A stretch of DNA of 64,000 bases, from the NCBI RefSeq assembly GCF_001194135.2, contig NC_068982.1:61144319-61208318 (forward strand). Direction: 5' to 3'. The position numbers were made by a program, and so were the translations under genes. Positions 25,735 to 38,911 of this stretch are shown here, in pieces. The stretch comes from Octopus bimaculoides. Taxonomy: Eukaryota. The notes below the pieces were generated by a model that was not told the origin of the DNA, made no database searches, and worked only from the letters and a program-made list of their open reading frames with translations. The stretch's first letter is position 1; every line of letters begins with the position of its first letter.

Positions 25735-27552
25735 ATGTAATTCTCAAGTGGTATCAATGTGACACAGTGTGGCTAAGCTGAGCTTTTGAATAACAAGCAC
25801 AAATCCTTCCAAAGGATTTCCAAATGTTTCTGTCAATCCAGTTCCACACACAAGGGTTGAGCTAACACAGGGCTATGATAAAAGATATTTGCTCAAGATG
25901 CTATGCAGTGAGACTGATCTTAGAACCATGTTATTGTAAAGTAGGTTTCTTAGCCATTCAGTCAAGCTGCATCCAAAAGTTACTTAGAATTAATTTAAAC
26001 CATGTATATTTAACTCACCAAACAATTATCCCACCAATTATACCAGTGGAAATTGACAAGTCAAGCAGAAAGAACCTGAAGTTCATTTTTACTTAAAGAA
26101 GACTTAGTTATTTGATAATTAGAAAGTGAGAAAATAAGTAACAGACGAAATACTAAGAGTACTTGTAGGTGGTGTCCTCGGGTAGTTACAGATCAAAGAC
26201 TGACACTAGTAAAAGAATAAAAGAATATGGTAGGGAAATAACCAAACTGGTAGAGTATGGGACAAAATATCATATGATACTTGGTTACATCTTTTGATAT
26301 TCTGTGTTCAAATCTTACCCAGGTCCACTTAATTTTCATTCTTCTGAAGCTGTTAAAATAATTTACACACAATAAAAAAAATACTGGGGATAACATAATT
26401 AGCTGTAACCCAGAAGGTAGTACTCCAGCATGACCATTGTCTAATGACTGAAACCAATAAATGAATTTAAAGTAATTACAATTAATAGAATTAGTTTGCA
26501 TTGTTCCTGTCACATTTCTCTCAAGGATGAACAAGATGTTCTTCCAATTCTTGTTAAATTATCAACAGATCTGTGGATTACACCTAATAATTTGGCCAAC
26601 TACTTCTCTATTAAATAAGAATTGATCTGGGTTTCAATAACAACAATAACTATTAGCATTTTAATTACATATTTATTCTAAGACTGGTTTCAACATTGAT
26701 CATTATTGATTTCATTTGACTTTTCAAAATTTCATATCCCTCAACAATAACAATTACTTCCTTTCTATGATCAAATGAAGCTCAACTTCTTTGCTGAAAA
26801 TAAAAATAGCAACCAAGTCTACTTCACATCGCACTCTCTCACTGGCAGTTAACAATGATAGTGCTGACTGAGAGAGGACCTCATTCAGAGCACTTTGACC
26901 TGTCTCAAGCAAATTAATCACCAAATAAATAACGAATCTCTTGTCCATTTGTTCATTAGTTATTTGTATTACAACCACTTCTTGTTCCCAAACTAATCAT
27001 GAAGAATAAATAAGACAAAATGATAAGGATAATTTATCAAATAAGTGTTTCACAAGATTGTTAAAATATATTAAAAAAATATATAAGATATAAAGATTTT
27101 GTTCTGGTGAAGCTATAAGGTGATACATAAACACTCAATGTGTCTTATGCCAGAAACAGCTGTAAGCCAATGAAGTTCATTACATAATTTCTTGTTCCCT
27201 TGTCATTTATAAAATCCCTTATTATGCTCTATACTTGACTACCACTTTTTCTGAAACCTAGGTATATTGAGTTCTAACACCAGGTTATTAGTATCACCAT
27301 GCCTAAGCAAAATGTTAAAACATATATATTTATATATATACACACACACAAGATCAAAATAAAAGTGGAGATTGAGTTGTAATAATTTTTTTCATTATTA
27401 CATCCAAAATTACATAACCTTTACATATGTTTCATTAGCATATACTAACATGCTATGAGGTAATCATTACAAAGGCAGTTGCATAATCAATCTACACACC
27501 AGATCATCAAACAAAAGCTATAATTTACTCTATTGTCAGTTACTAATGTTTG

Positions 27553-27605
27553 TCAGTAATATATATGTACATGCATGTGTGCATACATAGATACACACAC
27601 ATATA

Positions 27606-27659
<54 letters not shown>

Positions 27660-27952
27660 NNNNNNNNNNNNNNNNNNNNNNNNNNNNNNNNNNNNNNNNN
27701 NNNNNNNNNNNNNNNNNNNNNNNNNNNNNNNNNNNNNNNNNNNNNNNNNNNNNNNNNNNNNNNNNNNNNNNNNNNNNNNNNNNNNNNNNNNNNNNNNNNN
27801 NNNNNNNNNNNNNNNNNNNNNNNNNNNNNNNNNNNNNNNNNNNNNNNNNNNNNNNNNNNNNNNNNNNNNNNNNNNNNNNNNNNNNNNNNNNNNNNNNNNN
27901 NNNNNNNNNNNNNNNNNNNNNNNNNNNNNNNNNNNNNNNNNNNNNNNNNNNN

Positions 27953-28013
<61 letters not shown>
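27553..28013. repeat. (AT)n / gap / (AC)n microsatellite block
   Basis: Direct reading; N-run about 27660-27952. Confidence 0.9.
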
Positions 28014-28014
<1 letters not shown>

Positions 28015-28532
28015 TAATGTATATATATCACGAGATAGACAAAGAAATGCATTTACTATAACACTGTCAGCACAATCCTGACCTCTCCTAGCAGACTCCT
28101 CATTGTTTACATTCTTTACTTGATCCAACACTCTCTGCTGCTACTTACCTCAACTATTTCCCTTTCCTTACCTCCTTCCACACTGCATGGTTTTCATGTC
28201 GGTCTGTGCTATTATGAACATGTCCTTTTGTCCATTTCTTGCCTTATCTCCTACTTCACATCGCTTGGCCTTCATGACATCACTCCTAATTCAACTGACC
28301 TGGACCTTGTCAAAAACTTTGGTCTTTTCTACAAACCCTGCTTCATACTCTACCTCCTCCTCCTCTTGAAAAACAGCTTATACACTACTCATACCACCTC
28401 CCACTGGTTTCTCTCTTCTCACTCCACTCAATGCTTTTGCATCAATACTTCACTCATACTTTCATTCACAATTTTACTACCTCAATGACAACAGCACTAT
28501 ATATTCTGTCTTACTTTCCATAGAAGGACATA

Positions 28533-28949
28533 TTATTGATTTCAAATTTTGACACATGGCTAGCAATTTCGGAAGAGGTGGGAGATAAGGCAATTACATT
28601 GACTCCAGTATTCAATTGGTAATTATTTTTTCAACTCCAAAAGGATGAAAAGTGAAGTCAACCCTGATGGAATTTGAACTCAGAACAAAAAGACGGACAA
28701 AATGCCACTAAGTACAGGGTGTCCACGAAAACACTCCCTTATTTCATGACACTACAACATCTAAAGTAATTCAAATATATTGATAAATATTGTGTCCGCA
28801 GATTTCCTAACAATAATATTTTCTTTTAGTTTCAGGTGACTTACCATCTTTGACATGAACACATGGAAACCCAAAATGCAGTTGGGAGCGTCTTTGTGGA
28901 CACCCTGTATTTTACCTAGCACAGTAATGATTCTGCCAATTCACCACCT
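28533..28949 (-). mobile_element. SINE family D with 12-bp TSD, interrupted by a MITE
   Basis: TSD TAGAAGGACATA at 28521-28532 and 28950-28961; the SINE reads through once 28715-28909 is removed. Confidence 0.85.
28715..28907. mobile_element. Tc1/mariner-type MITE
   Basis: TA-CAGGGTGTCCACGAAA...TTTGTGGACACCCTG-TA. Confidence 0.9.
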
Positions 28950-28984
28950 TAGAAGGACATAATGATTAATATTATTATCCGTTA

Positions 28985-29718
28985 TTGAAATGGCAGAACC
29001 ATTGATATTTTGGATAAAAATGCTTAGTGGCAATTCTTCTGGCTTTTTACATTCTGAGTTCAAGTCCTACTAGGGTCAACTTTGATTTTCATCCTTCGAG
29101 TGTTGGTAAAAGATAATACCAGTTAAATATGGGGATCAATGTAATAGACTTGCCCCCCCTCTCCTCAAAATTGCTGGCCTTGTGACAAAATTAGAAGGAA
29201 CTATTGCTATTGTTACTAAGTGAAAAGCTGGTAGAATGTTTAGAGCATTGGAAAAATTGCCCTGCAGCATCTGTTCTGATTATTCACATTCTGAGTTCAA
29301 ATCCCAGCAAGGTCAGCTTTGCTTTTCCTCCTTTCAGGATCAATAAAATAAAGTCCCAGCCAAGGATTGAGGTTGATGATATCAACTATCCCTTATCCTC
29401 TCTTGTAAAAATTTGAAATCATTATTATTATCATTAAGGCAGTGAGCTGGCAGAGTTGTGAAGCAGAGTTCAAATTCTCCTGGGGTCAAATTTGCTTTTC
29501 ATTCTTTTGAGGATAAAATAAGTACCAGTTGAACTAATTGACTTATCCCCTCTCCCAAAATCGCTGGCCTTGTGCCAAAATTTGAAACTATTATTATTAT
29601 TATTATAATTATTATTANNNNNNNNNNAAAATAAGTACCAGTTGAACACTGGGGTCAATGTAATTGACTTATCTCCTCCCCAAAAATTGCTGCCCTCGTG
29701 GCAAAATTTGAAACTATG

Positions 29719-29760
<42 letters not shown>
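28985..29760 (+). mobile_element. Head-to-tail chain of four SINE family D copies
   Basis: Copies at about 28985, 29216, 29434 and 29628 (tail only, after a gap), each ending in an (ATT)n-like tail. Confidence 0.75.
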
Positions 29761-29823
29761 GAGGGTGCATAGTCTAGTGGTTAGGGTGTTACACTGATGA
29801 TCTAGCAATCATGATTGCAATTA

Positions 29824-29876
<53 letters not shown>

Positions 29877-29880
<4 letters not shown>

Positions 29881-30590
29881 CACACCTACTTCCTCCCACC
29901 CACCTCTTCTCTCTTACCCCGACTCCTACTTCTCTTCCCTCTTACTCTCTTTCTCTCCACTCCTACCCACCTCCTTCCTCCTTCATCGTCAACCCTCTCT
30001 CGTAATCCCACCTCACTCCTACACGTTCCAACCCCACCTTCCCTATCCTTCACATTCCACCTCATCCCTTACACCGACTCCCACATACTGCACCTCTACC
30101 GCCACCCTCAACCTAACCCACAACCCACCCTTGTGTTTTCCCCACTCTTGCCTCCCCACCTCCCAACACCATCACACCACACCACTACACCATACCACAT
30201 AACACATCACATCACAACACACCACCATGCACACACCAGCACTGACCAATTTCCAGCCCCACATTTTCACACCTACACACACGCACATGTCAAGATCACC
30301 AGCCCTCTTCCACACGCACATACAAACTCTCTTATACACACACACACACGTGCACCTTCGTTATGGAATCACCACTACTTTATTATCTCCCCTTCTTCCT
30401 AGCTCTCCTGTGTGACCCTTCTGTCCAGCGTTCGCCATGATAGATCGCTAGACACTACACATTCTTTTTTTTCTCTCCTTGTTTCTTTCTGTGGAAGACT
30501 TTTTCACTTCTCGAGCGTTATACTGATACATCTGTTTGTTGTCTACACCACTTGTCTTCGTCTTTTGCTTTTTATTTTTGTGAATTCTCC

Positions 30591-30593
<3 letters not shown>
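29877..30593. mobile_element. C-rich, G-poor insertion between two (TA)n tracts, possibly Penelope-like
   Basis: Sharp compositional boundaries with (TA)n on both sides; the family assignment is inference. Confidence 0.4.
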
Positions 30594-30689
<96 letters not shown>

Positions 30690-30690
30690 A

Positions 30691-30741
<51 letters not shown>
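30594..30741. repeat. (TA)n-(GA)n compound microsatellite
   Basis: Direct reading. Confidence 0.95.
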
Positions 30742-30747
30742 CAGAGA

Positions 30748-30973
30748 TTAAGGCAGTGAGCTGGTATAGTCATTACCATGTTGGGCAAAATGCTTAGTGA
30801 CATTTCGTCCATCTTTACATCCTGAGTAGAATTTCCGCCAAGGTCAACTTTGCCTTTCATCCTTTCAGAGTCAATAAATTAAGTACTAGTGAAAAACTGA
30901 AGTTGATGTAATTGACTAGTCCCTTCCCCACAAATTCAGGCCATATGCCTATAGTAGAAAGGATTATTATTAT
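30748..30973 (+). mobile_element. SINE family D, full length
   Basis: TTAAGGCAGTGAGCTGG head to ...CCTATAGTAGAAAGGATTATTAT tail; close to 32490-32715. Confidence 0.85.
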
Positions 30974-31809
30974 CATTACTATTGTCATTAATGGCTTGAA
31001 AAATGCCTCAATACTTACCTTTCTTACTCACAATAAAACAACTTGAAAAATATGCATGAACATGTTTAAAGACTAACAAATACTGTCTTCCAGATAGGAT
31101 TGCCTTGTTATTTTTAATTCAAAAGCTAATTTGGGATAATAATACTTTAGTGCTTCAACTCAGTTCTGCACAACATTATGGTCATTTGGTATTGCTGCAT
31201 CAATAATTAATATACTATTGTCATTTTTGTCATAGAAAATTACATTCTGTGCTATCTCTTGGTGTGTTTGTAAGACAGAATTCCACAGTATTTTTGTGTT
31301 GTTGCTTTCCAATAGAAGACATCAGAATATAATCAAAACATTGAATTATTTCACTCTTCATCACACGATCAACTCACACAACTTTTTTATTATATCTCCT
31401 ATGGATTAATATTTGTTAAAGCCAATTTCCTCTGGCTCTGAATGTTACTAATTTCAACCTTCTGCTATTTCCCCCATTTGATTGAATTTAAATATACTGT
31501 GATACTTTCATGTAACTGGTTCATTTGAGAGTTCCTTCTACAGTTCCAGTTGGTTTGTTTTAATTTATCTTCTATCCAACACTTTTGAATTTATTCACCT
31601 CCTCATCTTGGATTTGCAGAATCAGCAGAGCATCAGAAAAAAATGTGTTGTGGTATTTTTTCCCAGTCCTTTACAATCTAAATTGAAATTCTACTGAGGT
31701 CAACTTTGCCTTTCATTCTTCCAGAGTTGACTAGGGTCAACAGTACCAGCTTACCTCTGGCCTCAAAATTTCTGGCCTTATGCCTAAATTACAAACCATT
31801 ATTATTATT

Positions 31810-32350
31810 GAGTGAGAGAGCAGTGCATGACATCAAAGTGAAACTGGAGTGCAAATATACGAAGTCCAATATACCCATCATGACTACCTGTACACCAGGC
31901 ATATGCATCACAACCATATGTGCATGACATGGTGATCTTATATCAAGATAAACAGCACATGAGCTTGCAGGTGGAACCCAGCTAGAATTTTCTTCAGGTT
32001 GAGTAGCTCATCCCACTCAAAAGGTCCCTGAATAAGGGCTGTTTAAGGATGATGAACAAAACACCCATGTTTCCAGAGGTGAATGATTCAAACCCAAAGA
32101 ATTCCTTTCAACACATGGCTATGATGCTCCCCCACTACTTCTGCTCATGATCATAGACGCACATATCATCAGCCACCAAGGAACATGCTTAAATGGTTAC
32201 AGTCAAACAACTGACAAGCAAATTTGTGGTATTGAGCAGAATATTTGCTGTTGCCCATCTTCTACACCAAGATAAAACATGTACATGATAACACTTCCAA
32301 TCAGTTGACATCAGAAACCATGAGAGTCAGTGCCTCATATTGCATCAGCA
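31810..32350 (-). mobile_element. About 540-bp dispersed retroposon-like repeat (family C)
   Basis: Minus strand ends in ctctctcactc(AAT)n; a homologous fragment lies in opposite orientation at 34771-34934. Confidence 0.65.
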
Positions 32351-32391
32351 CAAGTGTGTATCTGTGTGTCTATGTGGTTGTTTGTGTGTAA

Positions 32392-32428
32392 TTATTATTA
32401 TCATTATTATTATCATTAGTAGTAGTAT

Positions 32429-32489
<61 letters not shown>
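32392..32489. repeat. (ATT)n-(AGT)n microsatellite
   Basis: Direct reading. Confidence 0.95.
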
Positions 32490-32490
<1 letters not shown>

Positions 32491-32715
32491 TTGGAGCAAT
32501 GAACTGGCAGAATCGTTAGTATGCTGGGCAAAATGCTTAGTGGCATTTCATTGGTCTTTACATTCTGAGTAAAAATTCCACCGAGATAGACTTTGTCTTT
32601 CATCCTTTCAGGGTCAATGAAATAAGTACCAGTTATACACTGGGGTCAATGTAATCGACTATCCCCCTCACTCAAAGTTTCAGGCCTTGTGCCTATAGTA
32701 GAAAGGATTATTATT
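32490..32715 (+). mobile_element. SINE family D, full length
   Basis: Colinear with 30748-30973. Confidence 0.85.
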
Positions 32716-33317
32716 GTTGTATTTTGACCTGACGATTAGCTGTATTTTTGAATAGAATTTATTTTCGATAATTTTAATTGATTTTAATCAATTTAAATTT
32801 CCTTCCTATTTGAAAATTAGTTATGAAACACATGTAGTCATTTTATTATCTTTATCTTATATTTACTTTGTATTATATTATACTCATTTATTGTGCTTTT
32901 AATTATTAATTTTTCTATATGTGACAGTGGATTTTCATCAATGAGTTCAAGAATTTTGGTTCTTTTCCCTAAAACTATATATTTATATATATTTTACTCA
33001 GTAAAGCTTAATTTAATTTTAATTTTTTATAAATTGATTTTAATTGAGTTTTTACCTGTAATTTTGGATTTTGTCCCTAATATTATTATATATACATATA
33101 TACATATACATACATATATATACACACACACACACANNNNNNNNNNNNNNNNNNNNNNNNNNNNNNNNNNNNNNNNNNNNNNNNNNNNNNNNNNNNNNNN
33201 NNNNNNNNNNNNNNNNNNNNNNNNNNNNNNNNNNNNNNNNNNNNNNNNNNNNNNNNNNNNNNNNNNNNNNNNNNNNNNNNNNNNNNNNNNNNNNNNNNNN
33301 NNNNNNNNNNNNNNNNN

Positions 33318-33367
<50 letters not shown>

Positions 33368-33403
33368 GAAAATGGAATAATTACTATGAAGCATTGTGTA
33401 GAA

Positions 33404-33720
33404 TATATTGTATAAAGATCGTGGGTAAGGCCAAAACAATGCGAAGTAAATGAAAGGTAAATCACAAGAAAACACATATGTGAATTAATGTAGACTTACC
33501 TGGCATTCAATATTTCAGGGTTATGACCCATTTTCAAGAAACCGGTGAATGTTGCCAATGTATGCATGTATGCGGCAACATTCGTCAATTTCTTGAAAAT
33601 TGGGTCATAACCCTGAAATATTGAATACAAGGTAAGTCTACATTAATTCACATATTTGTTTTCTTGTGATTTACCTTGTATTTACTTCACATTGTTTTGG
33701 CCTTACCCATGATCCTTTAT

Positions 33721-33728
<8 letters not shown>
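33404..33728. repeat. Foldback element: about 155-bp inverted arms, 17-nt loop
   Basis: Arms 33404-33556 and 33574-33728, about 90% complementary by manual alignment. Confidence 0.9.
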
Positions 33729-33751
<23 letters not shown>

Positions 33752-34062
33752 TCTTTTACTTGCTTCAGTCATTAGACTGTGGGCATGCTGGGGCACCACC
33801 TTGAACAACTTCCTTAGTCAAATGTATCAACCCTAGTATTTATTTTTTTGAAGCCTGGTACTTCTTTTATTGGTCTCTTATGCCAAACTGCTAAGTTACT
33901 GGGATGTAAACACACCAGCACCAGTTGTCAAGCAGTAGTAGGGGGAGGGGATAAACACAGACACAAACAAAAGAAATATATATATACACACACATATGAC
34001 AGGCTTCTTTTGGTTTCCATCTACCAAATTTACTCAGAAGGCTTTGGGTAGCCCAGGGTTAT
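33752..34062 (-). mobile_element. SINE family A, head-truncated
   Basis: Colinear with 53076-53466. Confidence 0.8.
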
Positions 34063-34770
34063 GTTTATTTTCTCCTACTCAGTTCCATACAAATCTCCAA
34101 TATTGTAATTTGTCCTTGTAACATTCCTTAATCCATTAACTTAAGACAAATATATAAAAAAAAAAAAACAAGACTTCAAATCTGGTCAAAATCATCTTTG
34201 CTTTTATCCTTCCTAAATTGATAATAGATACCAGTCCTGAATTAGGGGTTTAATTAAATCAAACATACAGTTTCTCTCCCAGAAATCCTTATTATTCTTA
34301 TTTTGAGCCCTTGTGGCTTAAAACAAAAATAGCTATTGTTCGACTTGACTCAGGATTGGTCTTATTCTTCACAGAATACATGGGTGTAACTTCAGGTACC
34401 CACAAGATTTCAATGAGCCATTAAATTCTTAACTTTTGATGACCATTCCAGTTCCTAAGAGGAAAACTTTCAGGAGAGTATCTACAGAACATTCCATTCC
34501 AAATGTCTTTTATCTATTTGTCTACTTCATCACTCACAGTTCCCAAAGCACCAATTACACTGTGTAACAAAATTCTGATTTTTTTTTTGTCTTTGGACAG
34601 AAGGTGTAATTTCCAATTTGCTTCTATCTAGAAATCAAAAGAAATGACCACCATTCCCTTCAAACTTTGCTTTTGTGACTTGGACATCAATGTTTTGAAA
34701 CTGACCTATTTTCCATTACATTATAGTCAGCTTCAGCACTGTGTTGCTGAAGCAGAAATATCTTTATAAC

Positions 34771-34934
34771 AAATATTCTGCTCAATATCACAGATTTGTT
34801 TGTTAGTTGCTTGACTATAACCACTTGAGTATGTCCCTTAGTGGCTGACAATATGTGCATCTCTGATTATGAGGAGAAGTAGTGGGGGAGCATAATAGCC
34901 ATGTGTTGAGAGGGATTCTTTGACATTTGAATAA
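34771..34934 (+). mobile_element. Fragment of repeat family C
   Basis: Reverse complement of about 32090-32250. Confidence 0.75.
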
Positions 34935-35279
34935 ATTCAACAAAAACAAAGTTTGAAGAAAATATCAGCTATTTTTCAGTTTCTAGGGGTAAGCAAATAG
35001 GAAATAACAGTTGCTACCCAAGGACAAAAATTGTGTTACACAGTGTTATCAGTGGTACCATCTTTACAGACTTTATGTTCCAAATCCTCACAATCTCAAA
35101 CTTTAAAGGGTTGTATCTTTCAGCTTCTGATCTGCTTCCTTCACAATCCTAGTATCAAATGAACATGATGGATCAATCAGTAAATAAATTCAATTTTCCT
35201 TGTCTATTACTGTAACATCTGGCTTGTTACATTCAATATTCCTATCCATTTGAATCATCATTATAGCAGTTGTTGTTGC

Positions 35280-35324
<45 letters not shown>

Positions 35325-36161
35325 AGTAATGCCTTGTAAAATCAATAGACCTTTGTGTGCAAAATACCTTGAATGACATTGATTTAATTCTTATCACCTC
35401 TGCCCAAAATGTGGGTCATTATGCCTATGTCAGAAATTATAATAAATATTAATTAGGTGAAGATCTATTCTGAAGGATTACTAGGGATCCTTTCCTCTAG
35501 CAGAAATGACATTCCTAGGATTGTGGACATGTTTACATAAGAGATCTATTAACTTGACTGGGAAACCAAGGAATGTGAGTTTGTTGCATCCCAAATCATG
35601 TATTGCCACCACACACAAACGATTAGAAAGAAGAGGAAAGGAGCAAAGAATAAAAAAAATAAAAAATAAAAAATAAAAAATTACACATTTCCTCCACAAA
35701 ATGACAAACTCGGTGTGTGGAACCAGAAATATCATATATATAAAGAACATTAGTGTTGCATTATCCCCTTCACCTATTTTTCTTGGAGATGGGTGGCAAT
35801 ATCTGTTCAAACTTCATGAATCATAATTAATTAATTATAAAACCACTGAAGCCAAACCAGGAAGTTAGAATCTTTAAGAAACAAACAAATATATATATAT
35901 AAATATATACACAATAAAATACCAGCAATCCCACCACCATCACAATCACAATCACTGCTAACATCGTAATCACCACCATGACCACCACAATCGCTACCAC
36001 CCCAACACTTCAAACACAACACATGTTATTGTTTTCAAAATTTCAACCAGACTCTTGTCTAAAAGTTTTCACCCATCCACTCCGATATTTCAAACTAGAC
36101 TTACTGGCAACAAAAATGAGGAATTCTCTCATGTTAGCGTCTCATTAGGATTTTTCATTCT

Positions 36162-36193
<32 letters not shown>

Positions 36194-37226
36194 TTAATTA
36201 TTTAAATATTTTTCATTTTGTTTATATATTTTATTAAAAATGAGAATACAAAGAGAGGCCATAGCCACACAAACACAGTCACAAACACCGGCCACATACA
36301 AAGACAGACATACACACACACAATCAGTCACATACAGTCTCTCTCTCTCTCTCTCACATATACATAGAGTCACAAATGCAACCACACACATATACACACA
36401 TGAACACAAAGAGACACAGAGTTAAACACACAAGCACATGCACACACAAACACATGTACGCATACACAAAAGCCATCTTCAAAGACTACATTGTGAATAG
36501 TTATTGCTGATAATCCATATGTCCAACCCTTTGGCCGTCTACACAAATAAGAAAGCAGTNNNNNNNNNNNNNNNNNNNNNNNNNNNNNNNNNNNNNNNNN
36601 NNNNNNNNNNNNNNNNNNNNNNNNNNNNNNNNNNNNNNNNNNNNNNNNNNNNNNNNNNNNNNNNNNNNNNNNNNNNNNNNNNNNNNNNNNNNNNNNNNNN
36701 NNNNNNNNNNNNNNNNNNNNNNNNNNNNNNNNNNNNNNNNNNNNNNNNNNNNNNNNNNNNNNNNNNNNNNNNATGAAGGATAAGTGAAAATGTCTATGCT
36801 CTCCACAGCTATCTATCAAACCAACTAAATACAGTTTGGGTGGCCCGGCAAGAGATTAGAACTGAAAATTAGTATTTGATGAATGGTGTGTTTCAGATTT
36901 AGCATCTTCTGTGTGCATGTGTGTGTGTGTGTGTGTGTGTGTGAGTGTGCGCACGCATGTGTATGTATTTGTGTGTGTATGCTTGTGTGTGTGTATTTCT
37001 ATATTTGTGTGTGGACACGTGTGTGTATGTGTTTGTGTGTGTGTGTATGTGTGCCCGTGTATGTAAGCATGACTTGTATGAGTTTATATATGACAGTTAA
37101 CATGTATGAGGTTGTGTCTGTATTCATGTTTATCTAATTGCCTGTGTAAAGCTCTGTGCGGGCACATACATGAATACATGCATGTATGTATGTATGTATG
37201 TATGTATGTATGTATGTGTGTATGTA

Positions 37227-37257
<31 letters not shown>

Positions 37258-37441
37258 GTAAGTGTATTTGTGGATCCATATGCATACATGCATGATTGTA
37301 TTCATGTTTATTTAATTCCCTGTTTACACATATGTGCATGTGTGTGCATGCGCATGCCTATATGAGCTTTTTGCGCAAGTGTGCGAGCATGCATTTGAGT
37401 ATGCATGTTTGCTTTCATGTTCATCTAATTGCTTATGTATC

Positions 37442-37477
<36 letters not shown>

Positions 37478-38243
37478 CGTGTGTCTGTGTGTGTGTGTGT
37501 GTGTAAGAACTCTATGTGTGATAAACACATTATTTATTATCCAATGGTTTGAGTGTTATTCTATCCCGCTTCATGTGATGCTGGATTGTTTGAAGAAGAC
37601 ACCAACAGTGTCATTTTGAAGTGCCATATTAATGGCGACTGCATATTTCATTTATTTATTTATTCATTCAGTCATTCATTCTTTCTTTTATTTATGTATT
37701 TATTTTAGCATGTATCGGATCAACATCCAATCCCATTTCCTAATCTAACTAATTGATCTACTAACGATATAAACGTCTCTAACAGAAACCATTAAGACTT
37801 CTTATGTAATTGATATTAGACATTTATAGGCATCAATTTCTGACAGAAAAGAGAAACCAAGTCAGTGATGGGACTTGAACTGGGAAGCTAGTGCTTGCCA
37901 AGCAATCATGTTGCCTATTACACTATTGTTAATACATAAATTTAAATATGCAATGATCCCTATACAAAACTTAACTCTATGTTTATGTAGATGATGAAAT
38001 GCATAAGAGAAGTTGGCAGATACTCTGTAGTGTGATCAACAACAGTTGAAATCACAGAAGTGAAACTTCCTCTTTTCTGTCTCAAATTGGATGCTACGTT
38101 TGATCTCTCTCTCTCTCTCTCACTCACTGAGGCATGGCTATGTGGTTAAAAAGTGAGCTTTGTAACTAATTGGTTTTGGGTTAAGTTTCATTACACAGCA
38201 TCAAGCTAACTATACATGCATATATACACACACATGTGTACAT

Positions 38244-38279
<36 letters not shown>

Positions 38280-38737
38280 CTGTGTGGTTGAGAAGTTCAC
38301 TTTCCAAACATGTGCTTTCAGATTCAGTCTCATTTATGGTAGGAGACTGATGAGGTGTTTGTATGATTGCATAACGTTTCTAGTACAGTCATGTAATTCT
38401 TTCAGCACTTCACTGAAACACGTGCATGTTCTATAAAGCTTTGAATACCCCACCTGTTTTCTACTTATTATTATTTTTCTATTACTTGGCTTGTATTTCA
38501 CACTCTAGCCTGTTTAGATTTTGGTATCCCATGTTGTACTACACTGAATACGGAAGTGGGGTGTGGGACTCACTACTGAGCCTGATTTTGGTGGCATGTC
38601 ACACTTTGCCTTGCCCCACTTATCGATATATTTATAGATGAATGTATTTATATGTGTGTATTATCATTAATTTTGCATCTGCTTTTCCTTCCATTTTGCT
38701 AACAAGATTTAACAAGCCGATGTGATTGTATACACAA

Positions 38738-38802
<65 letters not shown>

Positions 38803-38911
38803 AATGAGTCCCTCCAATTTACTGAAACTCTTAGAGTGTTTGTAAGGAGTACCTGTATAGGCAGTTAAAGGGAGTACACAGTCATGAATAAAATCCCAAT
38901 ATAAGATTACA

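Noticed and set aside
27536-28131. ORFs spanning N-runs and dinucleotide repeats (also near 33.0, 36.5, 40.5, 46.5 and 53.9 kb)
   Set aside because: Artefacts of gaps and microsatellites.
33494-33505. U1 snRNA 5' end (ACTTACCTGGCA; also ATACTTACCT near 31012)
   Set aside because: Only a 10-12-nt match with no U1 stem-loops or Sm site.
36370-36560. Possible minus-strand exon RPKGWTYGLSAITIHNVVFEDG
   Set aside because: Lies beside a gap, has a weak donor, no single frame stands out, and no family is recognised.
37554-37650. Peptide-like frame YPASCDAGLFEEDTNSVILKCHINGDC
   Set aside because: No polypyrimidine tract or usable donor; short enough to be chance.
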